Of a stretch of 64,000 bases of DNA, positions 9,396-26,670 are shown piece by piece; the first letter of the stretch is position 1; every line of letters starts with the position of its first letter. The stretch lies in NCBI GenBank assembly GCA_963768625.1, contig CAVYIK010000003.1, positions 262,715-326,714 on the forward strand, written 5' to 3'. The position numbers and the translations under genes were made by a program. This DNA comes from an uncultured bacterium (GTDB taxonomy: Bacteria; Patescibacteriota; Minisyncoccia; UBA6257; 2-01-FULL-56-20). The notes under the pieces were generated by a model. The model did no database searches. It saw only the letters and a program-made list of their open reading frames with translations, and was not told the origin of the DNA.

Positions 9396-10656
9396 ACTTT
9401 TGGAGCACCTTCGGCACTTCGATCTTGCCTTCTTTGGTCTGATAATTTTCCATGATCGCGATGAGTGTGCGGCCGATGGCGAACACCGTTGCGTCGTTCA
9501 TGTGGACGAACTCGGTCTTCCCGTCCCCCCGCTTCACGCGCGTGCCCAAGCGCCGGGCCTGGTAGTCTGTTACGTAATCCGAAGAGTGCGTCTCACGATA
9601 CCGCTTCTGTGACGGTATCCAGGTCTCGATATCTATCTGTTTGAAGTTCGGCGTACCCATGTCGCCCGTCGAAATGGAAACTACCTGATACGGCAGCGCG
9701 AGCGACCACATCAGGTATTCCTGTACGGCAACAAAAAAATCTTGTTCCGTGGCACCGTCCTCCGGCACCGTAAAGCTCTCCATTTCTAACTTATCGAACT
9801 GGTGCACGCGCAAGATGCCGCGCACATCTTTCCCGTATGAACCTGCCTCTCGCCGGAAGGCCGTCGAAAAACCAAGGTAGCGGATCGGCAATCTGCCCTC
9901 CGGAATCACCTCATCCATATGCAGCGGCCCGAGCGTATGCTCCGCTGACCCGATAAGCCAAATATCATCCGAAGGGATATAGTAGCGATCTTCCTTCGGT
10001 TCCAGCCGCCCCATCCGCTGAAATACCTCCGGACGGATCATCACCGGCGGCACAACGGGCACGAACGGCTTCGCATGATAGCCCGGCTTCACACCGCTCG
10101 CAATTGATTCCATGATCTTCGGGCTGGTAAGTATCTCCATCACATATTGGATGATCGCAAATTCAAGCCGCGCGGCATCTCCCATTAAATATGCGAAGCG
10201 GCTCCCCGAAACCTTGCCCGCCGTTTCCATGTCTATCAACCCGAGCGCCTCGCCGAGCGCCAAATGGTCCTTCGGTTCAAAATCAAACTTTTTCGGCTCT
10301 CCGTTCTTCCGTAAAACCCTATTCGCCGACTCATCCTTGCCGACCGGCGTGTCCTCCGACGGAAGGTTCGGGATCTTGAGCAGAACTTCGTCCCGCGGTT
10401 TTTCGATCTCGGCAGCTTTCACTTCAAGCGCTTTGATCTCTTCCTTATTCTTTTTTCCGCCTTCCACGTCGCGTTTCTCGGAGAGCTTTTTCTGCTCCGC
10501 GCGCTTTTCGCCGATCTCCTTCGTGAGCTTCCGCCACTCCTCATCAAGCTTCAAAAAAACGTCCACCAGCTTCGGGTCAGCGTTCTTCGCGGCGATCCCC
10601 TTCTTCACCTTTTCCGGCTCCTTGCGGAGAAGTTCAATGTCTATCATTAACACCAT
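9370..10656 (-). CDS. serS: Serine--tRNA ligase
   Basis: 428 aa with an N-terminal coiled-coil arm and a class II core (FRREAGSYGKDVRGILRVHQF, GRTLIAIMENYQ). Confidence 0.95.
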   Translation of the reverse strand: MVLMIDIELLRKEPEKVKKGIAAKNADPKLVDVFLKLDEEWRKLTKEIGEKRAEQKKLSEKRDVEGGKKNKEEIKALEVKAAEIEKPRDEVLLKIPNLPSEDTPVGKDESANRVLRKNGEPKKFDFEPKDHLALGEALGLIDMETAGKVSGSRFAYLMGDAARLEFAIIQYVMEILTSPKIMESIASGVKPGYHAKPFVPVVPPVMIRPEVFQRMGRLEPKEDRYYIPSDDIWLIGSAEHTLGPLHMDEVIPEGRLPIRYLGFSTAFRREAGSYGKDVRGILRVHQFDKLEMESFTVPEDGATEQDFFVAVQEYLMWSLALPYQVVSISTGDMGTPNFKQIDIETWIPSQKRYRETHSSDYVTDYQARRLGTRVKRGDGKTEFVHMNDATVFAIGRTLIAIMENYQTKEGKIEVPKVLQKYVGKEVIG

Positions 10657-10726
10657 AATAGCGCATTCACGGATTTTTTTCTAATTTTACGAATCCCGAA
10701 AAAGGCGCTATACTCCATACATAATT

Positions 10727-12484
10727 ATGGCCAAAGAATCGGCTGCCCCGAAAATCGACGGAATCCGCCACTCGCTCGCCCACCTTCTTGCTGCCGCGGT
10801 CCTTGCGGAGTTCCCGGACGCGAAGCTCGCCATAGGCCCCACGATCGAGAACGGCTTTTATTATGATTTTGGACTCCCCCGCTCGCTCACGCCCGACGAC
10901 CTCAAAACTTTTGAAAAGACGATGCAGAAACTCGCCGCGCAGAATCTGCCATTCACAGGCAAAGAAATTTCCGCCGCGGAAGCAAAGAAGCTCTTCGCGA
11001 AACAACCGTTCAAGCTGGACCTTATAAAAGAATTCTCGGAGGGCGGACAGAAGCTCACCGTCTACCACACGGGCGATATCTTTATGGACCTCTGCCGCGG
11101 CGGGCACGTCACGAACACGAAGGAGATCCCGGCCGACGCCTTTAAACTGGACAAGATCGCGGGCGCCTATTGGCGCGGGAGCGAGAAGAATCCGATGCTC
11201 CAGCGCATCTATGGGCTTGCTTTTGGGAGCAAGAAAGAGCTGGATGAGTTCTTGAGGCTCCGCGAGGAAGCCGAGAAGCGCGACCACAAAAAGCTCGGTG
11301 AGCAGCTGGACCTCTTCACCTTTTCCGATCTTGTGGGCCCTGGCCTGCCGCTTTGGACGCCGAAAGGCACGCTTCTCCGCAACCTGCTTGACGACTTCGT
11401 CTGGCAGCTTCGCAAGAAGCGCGGCTACCTCCAGGTGGACATTCCGCATATCACAAAGAAAGAGCTCTACGAAAAAAGCGGCCACTGGGAGAAGTTCAAA
11501 GACGACCTCTTCAAGATAACGACACGCGAAAACCATCTTTTCGCCATGAAACCGATGAACTGCCCGCACCACACGCAGATCTACCTGCGCCGGCCGTGGA
11601 GCTACCGCGAGCTTCCCCAGCGCTACGCGAGCACGACAAAAGTGTACCGCGACGAGCAGTCGGGCGAGCTTGCCGGCCTCACGCGCGTCCGCGCGATTAC
11701 GCAGGATGATGCGCACGTGTTCTGCCGCCAGTCGCAGATAAAAGAGGAGTTCATAAAGATCTGGGATATCGTCCATGAATTCTACGGTGCGTTCGGCTTT
11801 TCGCTCCGCGTCCGCCTCTCGCTCCACGACCCCGCTCACCCCGAAAAATATCTGGGCGACGCTGCGCGCTGGAAAGTCGCCGAGAACATGCTCCGCGAGA
11901 TAGCGCACGAAAAGAAAGCAGACACTTTTGACGGTGTGGGCGAAGCGAACTTCTACGGGCCGAAGTTGGATTTCATGGCAAAGGATGCTTTGGGCCGCGA
12001 ACACCAGGTGGCCACCATCCAGTTGGATATGAACATGCCCGAACGGTTTGACCTCACGTGCACGAATGAGAAGGGAGAGAAAGAGCGGATCGTAATGATC
12101 CACGCAGCCATCATGGGTTCCATTGAACGGTTCCTTGCGGTCCTTATTGAACATACTGTGGGCGCATTCCCTGTCTGGTGCGCGCCCGTGCAGGCAACGG
12201 TCCTCCCCGTGAGCGAGAAGTTTTCCGCGCACGGGAAGAAAGTGTACGAGGCGCTCATTGCGGCAGACATCCGTGCGGAGCTCTCCGAAGCAAATGAGTC
12301 GCTCGGCAAGCGCATCCGTGAGGCCCAGCTTGCGAAGATCCCCTACGTGCTCGTTGTGGGCGAAAAAGAAGAGGCTACAGGAGCGGTGGCCGTCCGGAGC
12401 CGGAAGGGAGACGAAGGCGCGGTGAAGCTTGATGTATTTTTGAAAAAGATCCAGGGCGAGATAGATGACAAGCGCATCGCCTAA
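10727..12484 (+). CDS. thrS: Threonine--tRNA ligase (short form starting in the editing/second-additional domain; no TGS domain)
   Basis: 585 aa with IRHSLAHLLAAA, GPTIENGFYYDF, a class II core and an anticodon-binding C-terminus. The 624-aa minus-strand ORF 10667..12541 is its antisense shadow. Confidence 0.95.
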   Translation: MAKESAAPKIDGIRHSLAHLLAAAVLAEFPDAKLAIGPTIENGFYYDFGLPRSLTPDDLKTFEKTMQKLAAQNLPFTGKEISAAEAKKLFAKQPFKLDLIKEFSEGGQKLTVYHTGDIFMDLCRGGHVTNTKEIPADAFKLDKIAGAYWRGSEKNPMLQRIYGLAFGSKKELDEFLRLREEAEKRDHKKLGEQLDLFTFSDLVGPGLPLWTPKGTLLRNLLDDFVWQLRKKRGYLQVDIPHITKKELYEKSGHWEKFKDDLFKITTRENHLFAMKPMNCPHHTQIYLRRPWSYRELPQRYASTTKVYRDEQSGELAGLTRVRAITQDDAHVFCRQSQIKEEFIKIWDIVHEFYGAFGFSLRVRLSLHDPAHPEKYLGDAARWKVAENMLREIAHEKKADTFDGVGEANFYGPKLDFMAKDALGREHQVATIQLDMNMPERFDLTCTNEKGEKERIVMIHAAIMGSIERFLAVLIEHTVGAFPVWCAPVQATVLPVSEKFSAHGKKVYEALIAADIRAELSEANESLGKRIREAQLAKIPYVLVVGEKEEATGAVAVRSRKGDEGAVKLDVFLKKIQGEIDDKRIA

Positions 12485-13412
12485 GCCGAAAGTGGTCGCG
12501 GTCGTGGGCCCCACCGCAAGCGGGAAAACGGCGGCGGGCATTGCGATCGCCCGGCGTTTCGGGGGCGAGGTCGTTTCAGCCGATTCGCGTCAGATCTACC
12601 GCGGTATGGACGTGGGTACGGCGAAGCCGACGGCCTCGGAGATGGCGGCGGTTCCCCATCACCTTATTGACATCAAGGACCCCGACGAGGACTATACCGT
12701 CGCGGAATATAAACGGGACGCGGATGCGGCAATCAAGGATATCCTTGCCCGCGGCAAGCTACCGATCCTCGTCGGCGGCACTGGATTGTATGTGAAAGCG
12801 GTCTTGGAAAATCTGGACATCCCGAAGGTCAAAGCCAACCCTGCGCTCCGTGAAAAGATTGAGGGAGAAATACGGGAAGAAGGGCTCGCACTGGTCTTCC
12901 AGAAGCTCGTGGCGCTTGACCCCGAAGCGGCGTATGTCGTTGATCCGAAAAATCCCCGGCGCATCGTGCGGGCACTCGAAGTGGCGCTCACGACCGGCGC
13001 TCCTTTTACCGCGCAACGCAAAAAGAATACGCCACTCTTTGATGCGCTTGCCGTAGGCCTTGACCTCCCGCAGGAAACGCTCCGCGCGCGGATCGATGCG
13101 CGCGTGGATCAGATGATACGCGACGGCCTCGTCAAGGAGACCGAAACTCTTGTTAAAAAATATAGCAAAGAGTGCGAGGCGCTCTCCGCCATCGGCTACC
13201 GCGAGCTCATTGACCATCTCGAAGGAAAAACCTCGCTCGCGGCGGCGGTCGCGCTCATAAAGATGAACACCTCACACTACGCGAAGCGGCAGCTCACCTG
13301 GTTCAGGAAGGATAAAAATATCATTTGGATAAAAGATCCGGAGGAAGCGCTCCCGCTCGTCCAGCATTTTCTTGATAAAAAAAGAGGTGTCCAACATGCG
13401 GACACCCCGTGA
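12465..13412 (+). CDS. miaA: tRNA dimethylallyltransferase
   Basis: 315 aa with the P-loop VVGPTASGKT and the motifs DSRQIYRGMDVGTAKP and GGTGLY. Confidence 0.9.
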   Translation: MTSASPKPKVVAVVGPTASGKTAAGIAIARRFGGEVVSADSRQIYRGMDVGTAKPTASEMAAVPHHLIDIKDPDEDYTVAEYKRDADAAIKDILARGKLPILVGGTGLYVKAVLENLDIPKVKANPALREKIEGEIREEGLALVFQKLVALDPEAAYVVDPKNPRRIVRALEVALTTGAPFTAQRKKNTPLFDALAVGLDLPQETLRARIDARVDQMIRDGLVKETETLVKKYSKECEALSAIGYRELIDHLEGKTSLAAAVALIKMNTSHYAKRQLTWFRKDKNIIWIKDPEEALPLVQHFLDKKRGVQHADTP

Positions 13413-13437
13413 CGGTGAATGCTTCTTCTTGAGACCT

Positions 13438-13893
13438 TTAGCTAAGCTTCTTAGCAAAATCTTTGCGGCGTTTTTCTACGTATTGATCGTGAGGCTGCTT
13501 CAGTAAGTCCCGATCCTCGTTAGCGAATAACGTTCTCGTCGGTACTCCTGGAGCCCATGGATATGCCTTGACCGTGGACGGCGGTATCTCCATGAGCTTG
13601 TTGTTGTACGCAACGATCGTGACGATGACGTGGAGAACAAGCATGAGCAAGTTCCACAGCCAAGCCGGACGGATCGACCATCGGTAACAAACGAAGAGCG
13701 TTATTGCCTGAAGAACGGCGTCGGAGATGACGAACCGCCAGAAAGTGAAATACCAGAATTGTCTTTCTAACGATCTCTTTACCGCCTTCACGTACGAAAT
13801 TAAAAACAAGGTAGCCTCCTTACGGCAACCCACCTTATTCCTCCCCCGGTGGAGAAAGCCCCTTGAAAAACGATGACCAGGCCATCCCGTCAC
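13438..13893 (-). CDS. Hypothetical membrane protein (start uncertain)
   Basis: The ORF has two hydrophobic segments (AITLFVCY..., LLMLVLHVIVTIVAY). I recognise no family. Confidence 0.3.
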   Translation of the reverse strand: MTGWPGHRFSRGFLHRGRNKVGCRKEATLFLISYVKAVKRSLERQFWYFTFWRFVISDAVLQAITLFVCYRWSIRPAWLWNLLMLVLHVIVTIVAYNNKLMEIPPSTVKAYPWAPGVPTRTLFANEDRDLLKQPHDQYVEKRRKDFAKKLS

Positions 13894-13978
13894 AAAAGGC
13901 TGTCTCCACTTACGGGCACCGGAACGATTTCGAATAACTACCTTTTATATTAGCCAACAAAAAAATCTTCGTCAAGAA

Positions 13979-15379
13979 TCAGCGCAAGTTTCGTTCAAAT
14001 ATTTCCTTGAGCGCCTCCGGGCGCGCACGGCCCTTTAGGGCGCCCGTCGCTTTGCCGATCAGAAACTGCAAGCTCGCGGTCTTCCCCTTCCGATAATCCG
14101 CCACGGCGGCCTTGTTTTCCGCAATGACCGCGAGGACCACTGCTTCAACCTCGCCCATGTCGGAGGCCACGCCCACGCCTTCGTTCTTTGCGATGTCCTC
14201 CGGATCCAAACCGGTTTCGAACATCTTTCCAAGCATATCCTTCGCCTGGCGGCTCGTGATCTTTTTTTCTTCCAAAAGTCCCGCAAGATGCGCCAAGTGC
14301 TCGGGGTTCACTTTCAGGTCCGCGAAGGCCGTCCCCTTTTCGTTCATAAGTCCACGGAGGTCGCTCGTAAGGTAATGATAGAGAGTTGCAACGCTTGCTT
14401 TGGGCAATCGCTCTTTGAGTTCCGAAGCAGCTTCTTCAAAATAGTCAGCGGCCTCGGGATCCATAATAAGTATTTCGGTCTGCTTCTCATCCAGTCCATA
14501 TTCCTTCGCGAACCGTGCGCGTTTCTGCGCCGGAAGCTCCGGGAGCCCCGTACGCAGCGCCTCCAAATCGAACATGCTCGTCTCAAAAGGCGGGATGTCC
14601 GGCTCGGGGAAATAACGGTAATCGTGCGCTTCTTCCTTGGAGCGCTGCTGCGTCGTCCTCTGCTTCGCCTCATCCCAGCCGCGCGTTTCCTGGACAAGTT
14701 TTTCGCCGCGCGAAAGCGCTTCTTCCTGGCGCTTCAGTTCGTACGCCACGGCATCGTGCACCGCTCTGAACGAATTGATGTTCTTGAGCTCCACCTTCGT
14801 ACCCATGTTCAAACTGACGTTCGCCTCTATCCGCATCTCCCCTTTTTCCATGTCGGCGTCGGAGACGCCGAGTGAACGAAGGATAAGCTGGAGCTCGCGC
14901 GCGAAGGCGGTCGTGTCCTCCGCGCCCTTCAAGTCCGGTTCCGTCACGAGCTCCATGAGCGGCACGCCGGAGCGGTTGTAATCCACGAGCGACGCCCCAT
15001 CCGCGTGGACGAGCGTGCCCGTGTCCTCTTCAAGATGGATCCGCCGGATGCGCACGCCAAGCAGCGTCCCGCCTTCGATGAGCGGCTTGTCGTACTGCGA
15101 AATTTGATAACCCTTCGGCAGGTCGGGATAGAAATAATTTTTGCGGTCGAATTTGGCCACCTTGTTCACGCGGCCGCCGAGCGCAAGGCCGGTCTTTATG
15201 ACCGCCTCAATCGCCTGCTTATTGGGAACGGGCAGCGCCCCCGGATGGCCGAGGCATACCGGGCACACGTTCACGTTCGGATGTTTCTCCTCCGGATCGT
15301 TCAGCGAATCGCAGAACATCTTTGTCCGCGTCTCGAGCTCCGCGTGTATTTCAAGCCCGATGGTCGGCTTATATTCCAT
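13979..15379 (-). CDS. gatB: Asp/Glu-tRNA(Asn/Gln) amidotransferase subunit B
   Basis: 466 aa starting MEYKPTIGLEIHAEL, with NVCPVCLGHPGALP and a GatB/YqeY C-terminus. Confidence 0.95.
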   Translation of the reverse strand: MEYKPTIGLEIHAELETRTKMFCDSLNDPEEKHPNVNVCPVCLGHPGALPVPNKQAIEAVIKTGLALGGRVNKVAKFDRKNYFYPDLPKGYQISQYDKPLIEGGTLLGVRIRRIHLEEDTGTLVHADGASLVDYNRSGVPLMELVTEPDLKGAEDTTAFARELQLILRSLGVSDADMEKGEMRIEANVSLNMGTKVELKNINSFRAVHDAVAYELKRQEEALSRGEKLVQETRGWDEAKQRTTQQRSKEEAHDYRYFPEPDIPPFETSMFDLEALRTGLPELPAQKRARFAKEYGLDEKQTEILIMDPEAADYFEEAASELKERLPKASVATLYHYLTSDLRGLMNEKGTAFADLKVNPEHLAHLAGLLEEKKITSRQAKDMLGKMFETGLDPEDIAKNEGVGVASDMGEVEAVVLAVIAENKAAVADYRKGKTASLQFLIGKATGALKGRARPEALKEIFERNLR

Positions 15380-15399
15380 GAATAGCCATCATTATCCGC

Positions 15400-16041
15400 C
15401 TAGAGCGCTTTCTGCGCGATTGCCCAAACCTTCTCATGGATCTCGTGGGGGGTGAGCATCACGCCGTCCGGAGCGCATTCGATCACCTGAAAATCTTTCG
15501 GAAAAAGCGCCGCGATCTCCAAATATACCTGCTCTGCCCGTTTCTGATATGCGGGATCGCTTTCGTGTATGTCCCGCGGGCGCCGCTTCTCCACGAATTT
15601 CGCAGATATCTCTGCGGGTACATGGAGCACGATGTTCAGGTCCGGCTTCGGGATCCCGAAGATCTCGTATTCCAGCCGATATAACCATTTATAAAATGTT
15701 TCGCGGTCGCTTTTACTCTCAATTTTTGCCCCCTGATACGCCATGCTTGACGCGACGTACCGGTTCGCGACAACAAAGCGGCCTTCTTCAAACCACTGCA
15801 GCATCTTAAGTTTCGCGTCAAAACGATCGGCGGCGAAAAACACCGAAGCCGCGTACGGCCCGATGTCTCCCCCGTATTTTCCCGTGAGATACTTCTGGAC
15901 GAAATAAGAGGATGGTTCGTTATATTGTGGGAAATCCAGCGTCCCCAATTTCGTGCCCTCGGGGAAGGCGAGGACGAGGCGTTCAAACTGGACGGTCTTC
16001 CCCGATCCGTCGGTCCCCTCTATAACGATGAATTTCCCCAT
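15400..16041 (-). CDS. tmk: Thymidylate kinase
   Basis: 213 aa with the P-loop IVIEGTDGSGKT and DRYVASSMAYQ. Confidence 0.9.
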   Translation of the reverse strand: MGKFIVIEGTDGSGKTVQFERLVLAFPEGTKLGTLDFPQYNEPSSYFVQKYLTGKYGGDIGPYAASVFFAADRFDAKLKMLQWFEEGRFVVANRYVASSMAYQGAKIESKSDRETFYKWLYRLEYEIFGIPKPDLNIVLHVPAEISAKFVEKRRPRDIHESDPAYQKRAEQVYLEIAALFPKDFQVIECAPDGVMLTPHEIHEKVWAIAQKAL

Positions 16042-16467
16042 TTAGTCCGTCACCTCTATCCCCATGTTCTTCGCGGTCCCGCGGATGATCCGCTCGGCCG
16101 CATCAAGGTCCGCGGTGTTCAGGTCCGGAAGTTTCTTCTGCGCTATCTCGCGCACCTGGGCCTTGGTCACTTTTCCCACTTTCGTCGTGAGCGCATTGCC
16201 GGAACCCTTCTCAATGCCGGCGGCCTTTTTCAAAAGCGCTGCGGCGGGCGGCGTCTTCAATATGAACTTGAAACTGCGGTCTTCAAAAATGGTGATCTGC
16301 GCCGGAACCACATCGCCTTTCATGTCCTTCGTCGCGTCATTGAACTGCTTGCAGAACTCCTGGAGGTTGATACCCTGCGGGCCCAAAACGGTGCCCACCG
16401 GGGGCGCGGGGGTCGCCGCTCCAGCAGGAAGCTGCAATTTCAATATGGTCTTAACCTTCTTTGCCAT
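16042..16467 (-). CDS. rplK: 50S ribosomal protein L11
   Basis: 141 aa: [34 protein letters not shown]. Confidence 0.95.
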   Translation of the reverse strand: MAKKVKTILKLQLPAGAATPAPPVGTVLGPQGINLQEFCKQFNDATKDMKGDVVPAQITIFEDRSFKFILKTPPAAALLKKAAGIEKGSGNALTTKVGKVTKAQVREIAQKKLPDLNTADLDAAERIIRGTAKNMGIEVTD

Positions 16468-16537
16468 AGCTTTATGAACGTAGGTATATCCTACGTTATA
16501 GTGATTGAAAAATCAAGCCACCTGAGCAGGCTGCCGC

Positions 16538-17113
<576 letters not shown>

Positions 17114-17149
17114 TTAAAACAATCTTAAAAAAACTTTTACCTCACGGCG

Positions 17150-18241
17150 CTACCATTGATACCATCCTATGCTGTCGCATGGATGTGCGTCGCCAAGATC
17201 AATGCCATACGCCCCATCTTTGCTTTTTGCGGTCAATTCGCAAATGTAATCGTCCGAACCGGAGCCGGTCAAACCGTAATGAAAATCAATCGCCCAATTC
17301 CCAGAAGGTGACAACTCTGGGGCCAGGTTGCTATCACCCGGATAATATTGCTTATCTACATAATTTTGCTGGGCCGTGCTGGTCGTAAGGGTATTAATAT
17401 CAAGAATGTAGTCAGGAGCCACCCCAGTTTCAAGGCCGTACTTCCCGCAAATAATGTGATCGTTATCGAGCCACCCAATCGGAAAATCGCAAGCTGGAGA
17501 ATCGCTAAATGGGAACAGCATCCTTTCGGAAGTTGCGTTGCTCGTAATTGAATCGATGGTGAGAGCGCGATAATCACTTGGCTTTTCGGCGGTCAGAGTA
17601 CTCGAGACAAGCCCGCCAAATTTTGTCCAAAAAATCCTGCTCCCATCAGGTGACCAATCATCAAAAGAGTATGCTGTGTGGGCCTCGGAGGATGAAGAAT
17701 AAAGAATTATTTGCCGCGTTTCCAATGATAGGATCGCGAACGGTTGCGAATAAAGATCTTCACTTTGCCCGATTAACTCTACGTACTTACCGTTAGGAGA
17801 TAAGGAGCCCGGTATCCACGCTGAATCTACCGGCGTAAATAAAGATTGCGGCATTCCAATGACACTCCTATCGCTTAAACGATAAAAAATATAATCATTT
17901 GAAATATCTGGGGTCTTGCAGGGATTCGCTCTGAGCGCCAAAAGAAGATACGCTTTAGTGATCAATTGTAGGGTTGGACAACCGCCAACAAAAATTGACG
18001 TTGTCGCCATGGTTGCGGTGTTGAACGCATAAAGGGTGTCCTTGCTTGAATAGAAAAAGTTCTCCCCTGTTGCAAAAAGGGGGTCTAGCGCCGGCTTGGG
18101 GATGGACTGATTCGTTTGCTGAACCGCTTCTCTTGATTGCTGCTTCTTAAGACTGATTAGGTACCATCCTCCGCCAATCAGAAGGCCAAGGACTATCACC
18201 ACAATAAGAACCTTAAGTAAGACGATCCTGCTTCGGTCCAT
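17150..18241 (-). CDS. Membrane-anchored hypothetical protein with PD40/TolB-like beta-propeller repeats
   Basis: 363 aa and AT-richer than its neighbours. It has an N-terminal TM helix and repeated LSPNGKYV, WSPDGSRIFW and LSPSGNWAI motifs. Confidence 0.5.
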   Translation of the reverse strand: MDRSRIVLLKVLIVVIVLGLLIGGGWYLISLKKQQSREAVQQTNQSIPKPALDPLFATGENFFYSSKDTLYAFNTATMATTSIFVGGCPTLQLITKAYLLLALRANPCKTPDISNDYIFYRLSDRSVIGMPQSLFTPVDSAWIPGSLSPNGKYVELIGQSEDLYSQPFAILSLETRQIILYSSSSEAHTAYSFDDWSPDGSRIFWTKFGGLVSSTLTAEKPSDYRALTIDSITSNATSERMLFPFSDSPACDFPIGWLDNDHIICGKYGLETGVAPDYILDINTLTTSTAQQNYVDKQYYPGDSNLAPELSPSGNWAIDFHYGLTGSGSDDYICELTAKSKDGAYGIDLGDAHPCDSIGWYQW

Positions 18242-18418
18242 GATTTAATTATACTATAGCAGACAAAAAAGCCGCGGAATGTGCTTTGAGGGCGCTCCCG
18301 GAGGCGTTCGCAGCTTGGTCTTTCGCGAAGCGAAAGTGCGAACGCCGAGGGAGCAGGGCGGCTTGCGCCGCTGGAGCGCGAGAACGCCCGTGCCCGAAAA
18401 GCATATTCTGCGGCTTCC

Positions 18419-18862
18419 TTAAAGCAATTCCTCGATCTTTTTCTCGAGTGCTTCGTTCGAAAGAGGATGGGGCGCCGCAGGCCGTGCTTCGTACGCAGGC
18501 GCAGGAATCCCCGCGGAGGGGCGCGTCCACTTCTCCCGCGTGAAGGACGGCATTGCGGAAGAATCGCGCTCCGCGGGCGGAGGGGACACGAGTATCATGG
18601 AGCGGATCACTTCCTGCCGGGCGGCGAGGTCATGCTCGAGCCGCTTCGCATCCTCTCCGGACGCCTTGAATATGCACGAGGCGAACACTGCTTCGGTGTG
18701 TCCTTTTATCTTGTAGGCAAGCGCGAGCTTTTTCGTCCGGGGCTCCGCTATCACCTCGCAATTATATTGCTTCATGAATGCGACAAAGCGCGGCGCGTCG
18801 TCCTCGCTCTTTAAAAGCAATGCTATTTCGTAGGTCTTTTTTTCTTTGTCTTCGCCGTCCAT
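18419..18862 (-). CDS. rpsF: 30S ribosomal protein S6 with a C-terminal extension
   Basis: YEIALLLKSEDD...LALAYKIKGHTEAVFASCIF is an S6-like core. The gene lies upstream of ssb, as in rpsF-ssb operons. Confidence 0.8.
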   Translation of the reverse strand: MDGEDKEKKTYEIALLLKSEDDAPRFVAFMKQYNCEVIAEPRTKKLALAYKIKGHTEAVFASCIFKASGEDAKRLEHDLAARQEVIRSMILVSPPPAERDSSAMPSFTREKWTRPSAGIPAPAYEARPAAPHPLSNEALEKKIEELL

Positions 18863-18885
18863 AGGATCGCCTTACTATACTCGCA

Positions 18886-25633
<6,748 letters not shown>

Positions 25634-25688
25634 TAAAAAAAATTAAAATGGGATTGATGTTGGATAACACACAAAACACGGCTCCCCT

Positions 25689-26666
25689 TCAGTTGCCTTC
25701 TAAGTATTTAACTGTATTTTGATGCTGTTCGTCAAGGGTCTTTGCGAAAACGGTCTTTCCCGTCTTAGGATCGCTCACATAGAACCAATACGGCGAACTT
25801 ACGGGCGCCAAGGCGGCTTGGAGCGCCGAAATACCAGGGTTTCCAATGGGTCCGGGAGGAAAACCCGTATATAGATAAGTATTGTAGGGCGAGTTGACCT
25901 TTAAGTCAAGCGCGGCACAGGGGGAGGCCGCGAGGGGGTCCGCGAGCTGCATGGCGTAGCATACCGTCGCGTCCACTTGGAGTGGCATCCCGTCGTTTAG
26001 GCGTTTCAACAAAATCCCCGCCACTATTTTTTGGTCGTTCGAGTCAGGCACCTCTTTTTCGACGATCGAGGCGAGGATAAGATCTCTTTGCGTATTCGCT
26101 TTGTCTTTTGCGAGGAGCGGCGCCGCCTTCGCGTTCCAATCATCCATCATTTTTTGCACCACATCGCTTACATTCGAACCCGTATAGAAACGGTAGGTGT
26201 CCGGGAATAATTTCCCTTCCAGGTCCCCGTCTCCGTGAAAATTAATGAGGTCGCCCCGGCGGATCACAAGCGCATTCGCAAGGATGGCATCTATCTGGTA
26301 GAGATTCTCCCCTTCGGGGATCGTGACGGTTGCTTCCGCAGGCGCCCTGCCCGCAAGTTCGCCCAAGATCGCGTACGGCGACATCGCGGCGCTCACGCGA
26401 TAGAGCCCCGGCTGCAGGTGGAACGCCGTACCGTCCAGGAGAGAAAGTGTCTCCGCGGCAAAGGGAGACCGGACGAGCCCCGCGCTTGCGAGGCTTGCCA
26501 TGACCTCGCGGAATCCCTCGCCCTGTTTTATCTCAAAAACGGCGGATGGGGCGCTCGCATCCGCGCTCGCCGGCGAAAGGCCATACAGAAAGAACCCAAA
26601 AATCCCGATGAGGAGCGCGAATGCGCATGCGCCTACGACGATTTTCTTCGTAAGAATGGGCGGCAT
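25689..26666 (-). CDS. mltG: Endolytic murein transglycosylase MltG (YceG-like)
   Basis: 325 aa with an N-terminal TM helix and YceG motifs (LASIVEKE, NSPYNTYLYTGFPPGPIGNPG). Confidence 0.85.
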   Translation of the reverse strand: MPPILTKKIVVGACAFALLIGIFGFFLYGLSPASADASAPSAVFEIKQGEGFREVMASLASAGLVRSPFAAETLSLLDGTAFHLQPGLYRVSAAMSPYAILGELAGRAPAEATVTIPEGENLYQIDAILANALVIRRGDLINFHGDGDLEGKLFPDTYRFYTGSNVSDVVQKMMDDWNAKAAPLLAKDKANTQRDLILASIVEKEVPDSNDQKIVAGILLKRLNDGMPLQVDATVCYAMQLADPLAASPCAALDLKVNSPYNTYLYTGFPPGPIGNPGISALQAALAPVSSPYWFYVSDPKTGKTVFAKTLDEQHQNTVKYLEGN

Positions 26667-26670
26667 GGAG

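Noticed and set aside
10667-12541. A 624-aa ORF on the minus strand, the longest ORF in its region.
   Set aside because: It is exactly antisense to thrS and has Arg/Leu/Ala-rich low-information composition typical of shadow ORFs in high-GC DNA. The same reasoning applies to 653..2008, 22304..23491, 24009..24947, 49123..50679 and 33195..33914.
18295-18353. An imperfect GC-rich hairpin (ctccc..ggcgttcgca..ctttcgc-gaa-gcgaaag..tgcgaacgcc..gggag) between rpsF and the downstream gene.
   Set aside because: It has bulged stems and an unrelated loop, so it does not belong with the two perfect conserved-loop hairpins. It is most simply an inter-operon attenuator or terminator-like structure. It is not strong enough to annotate.
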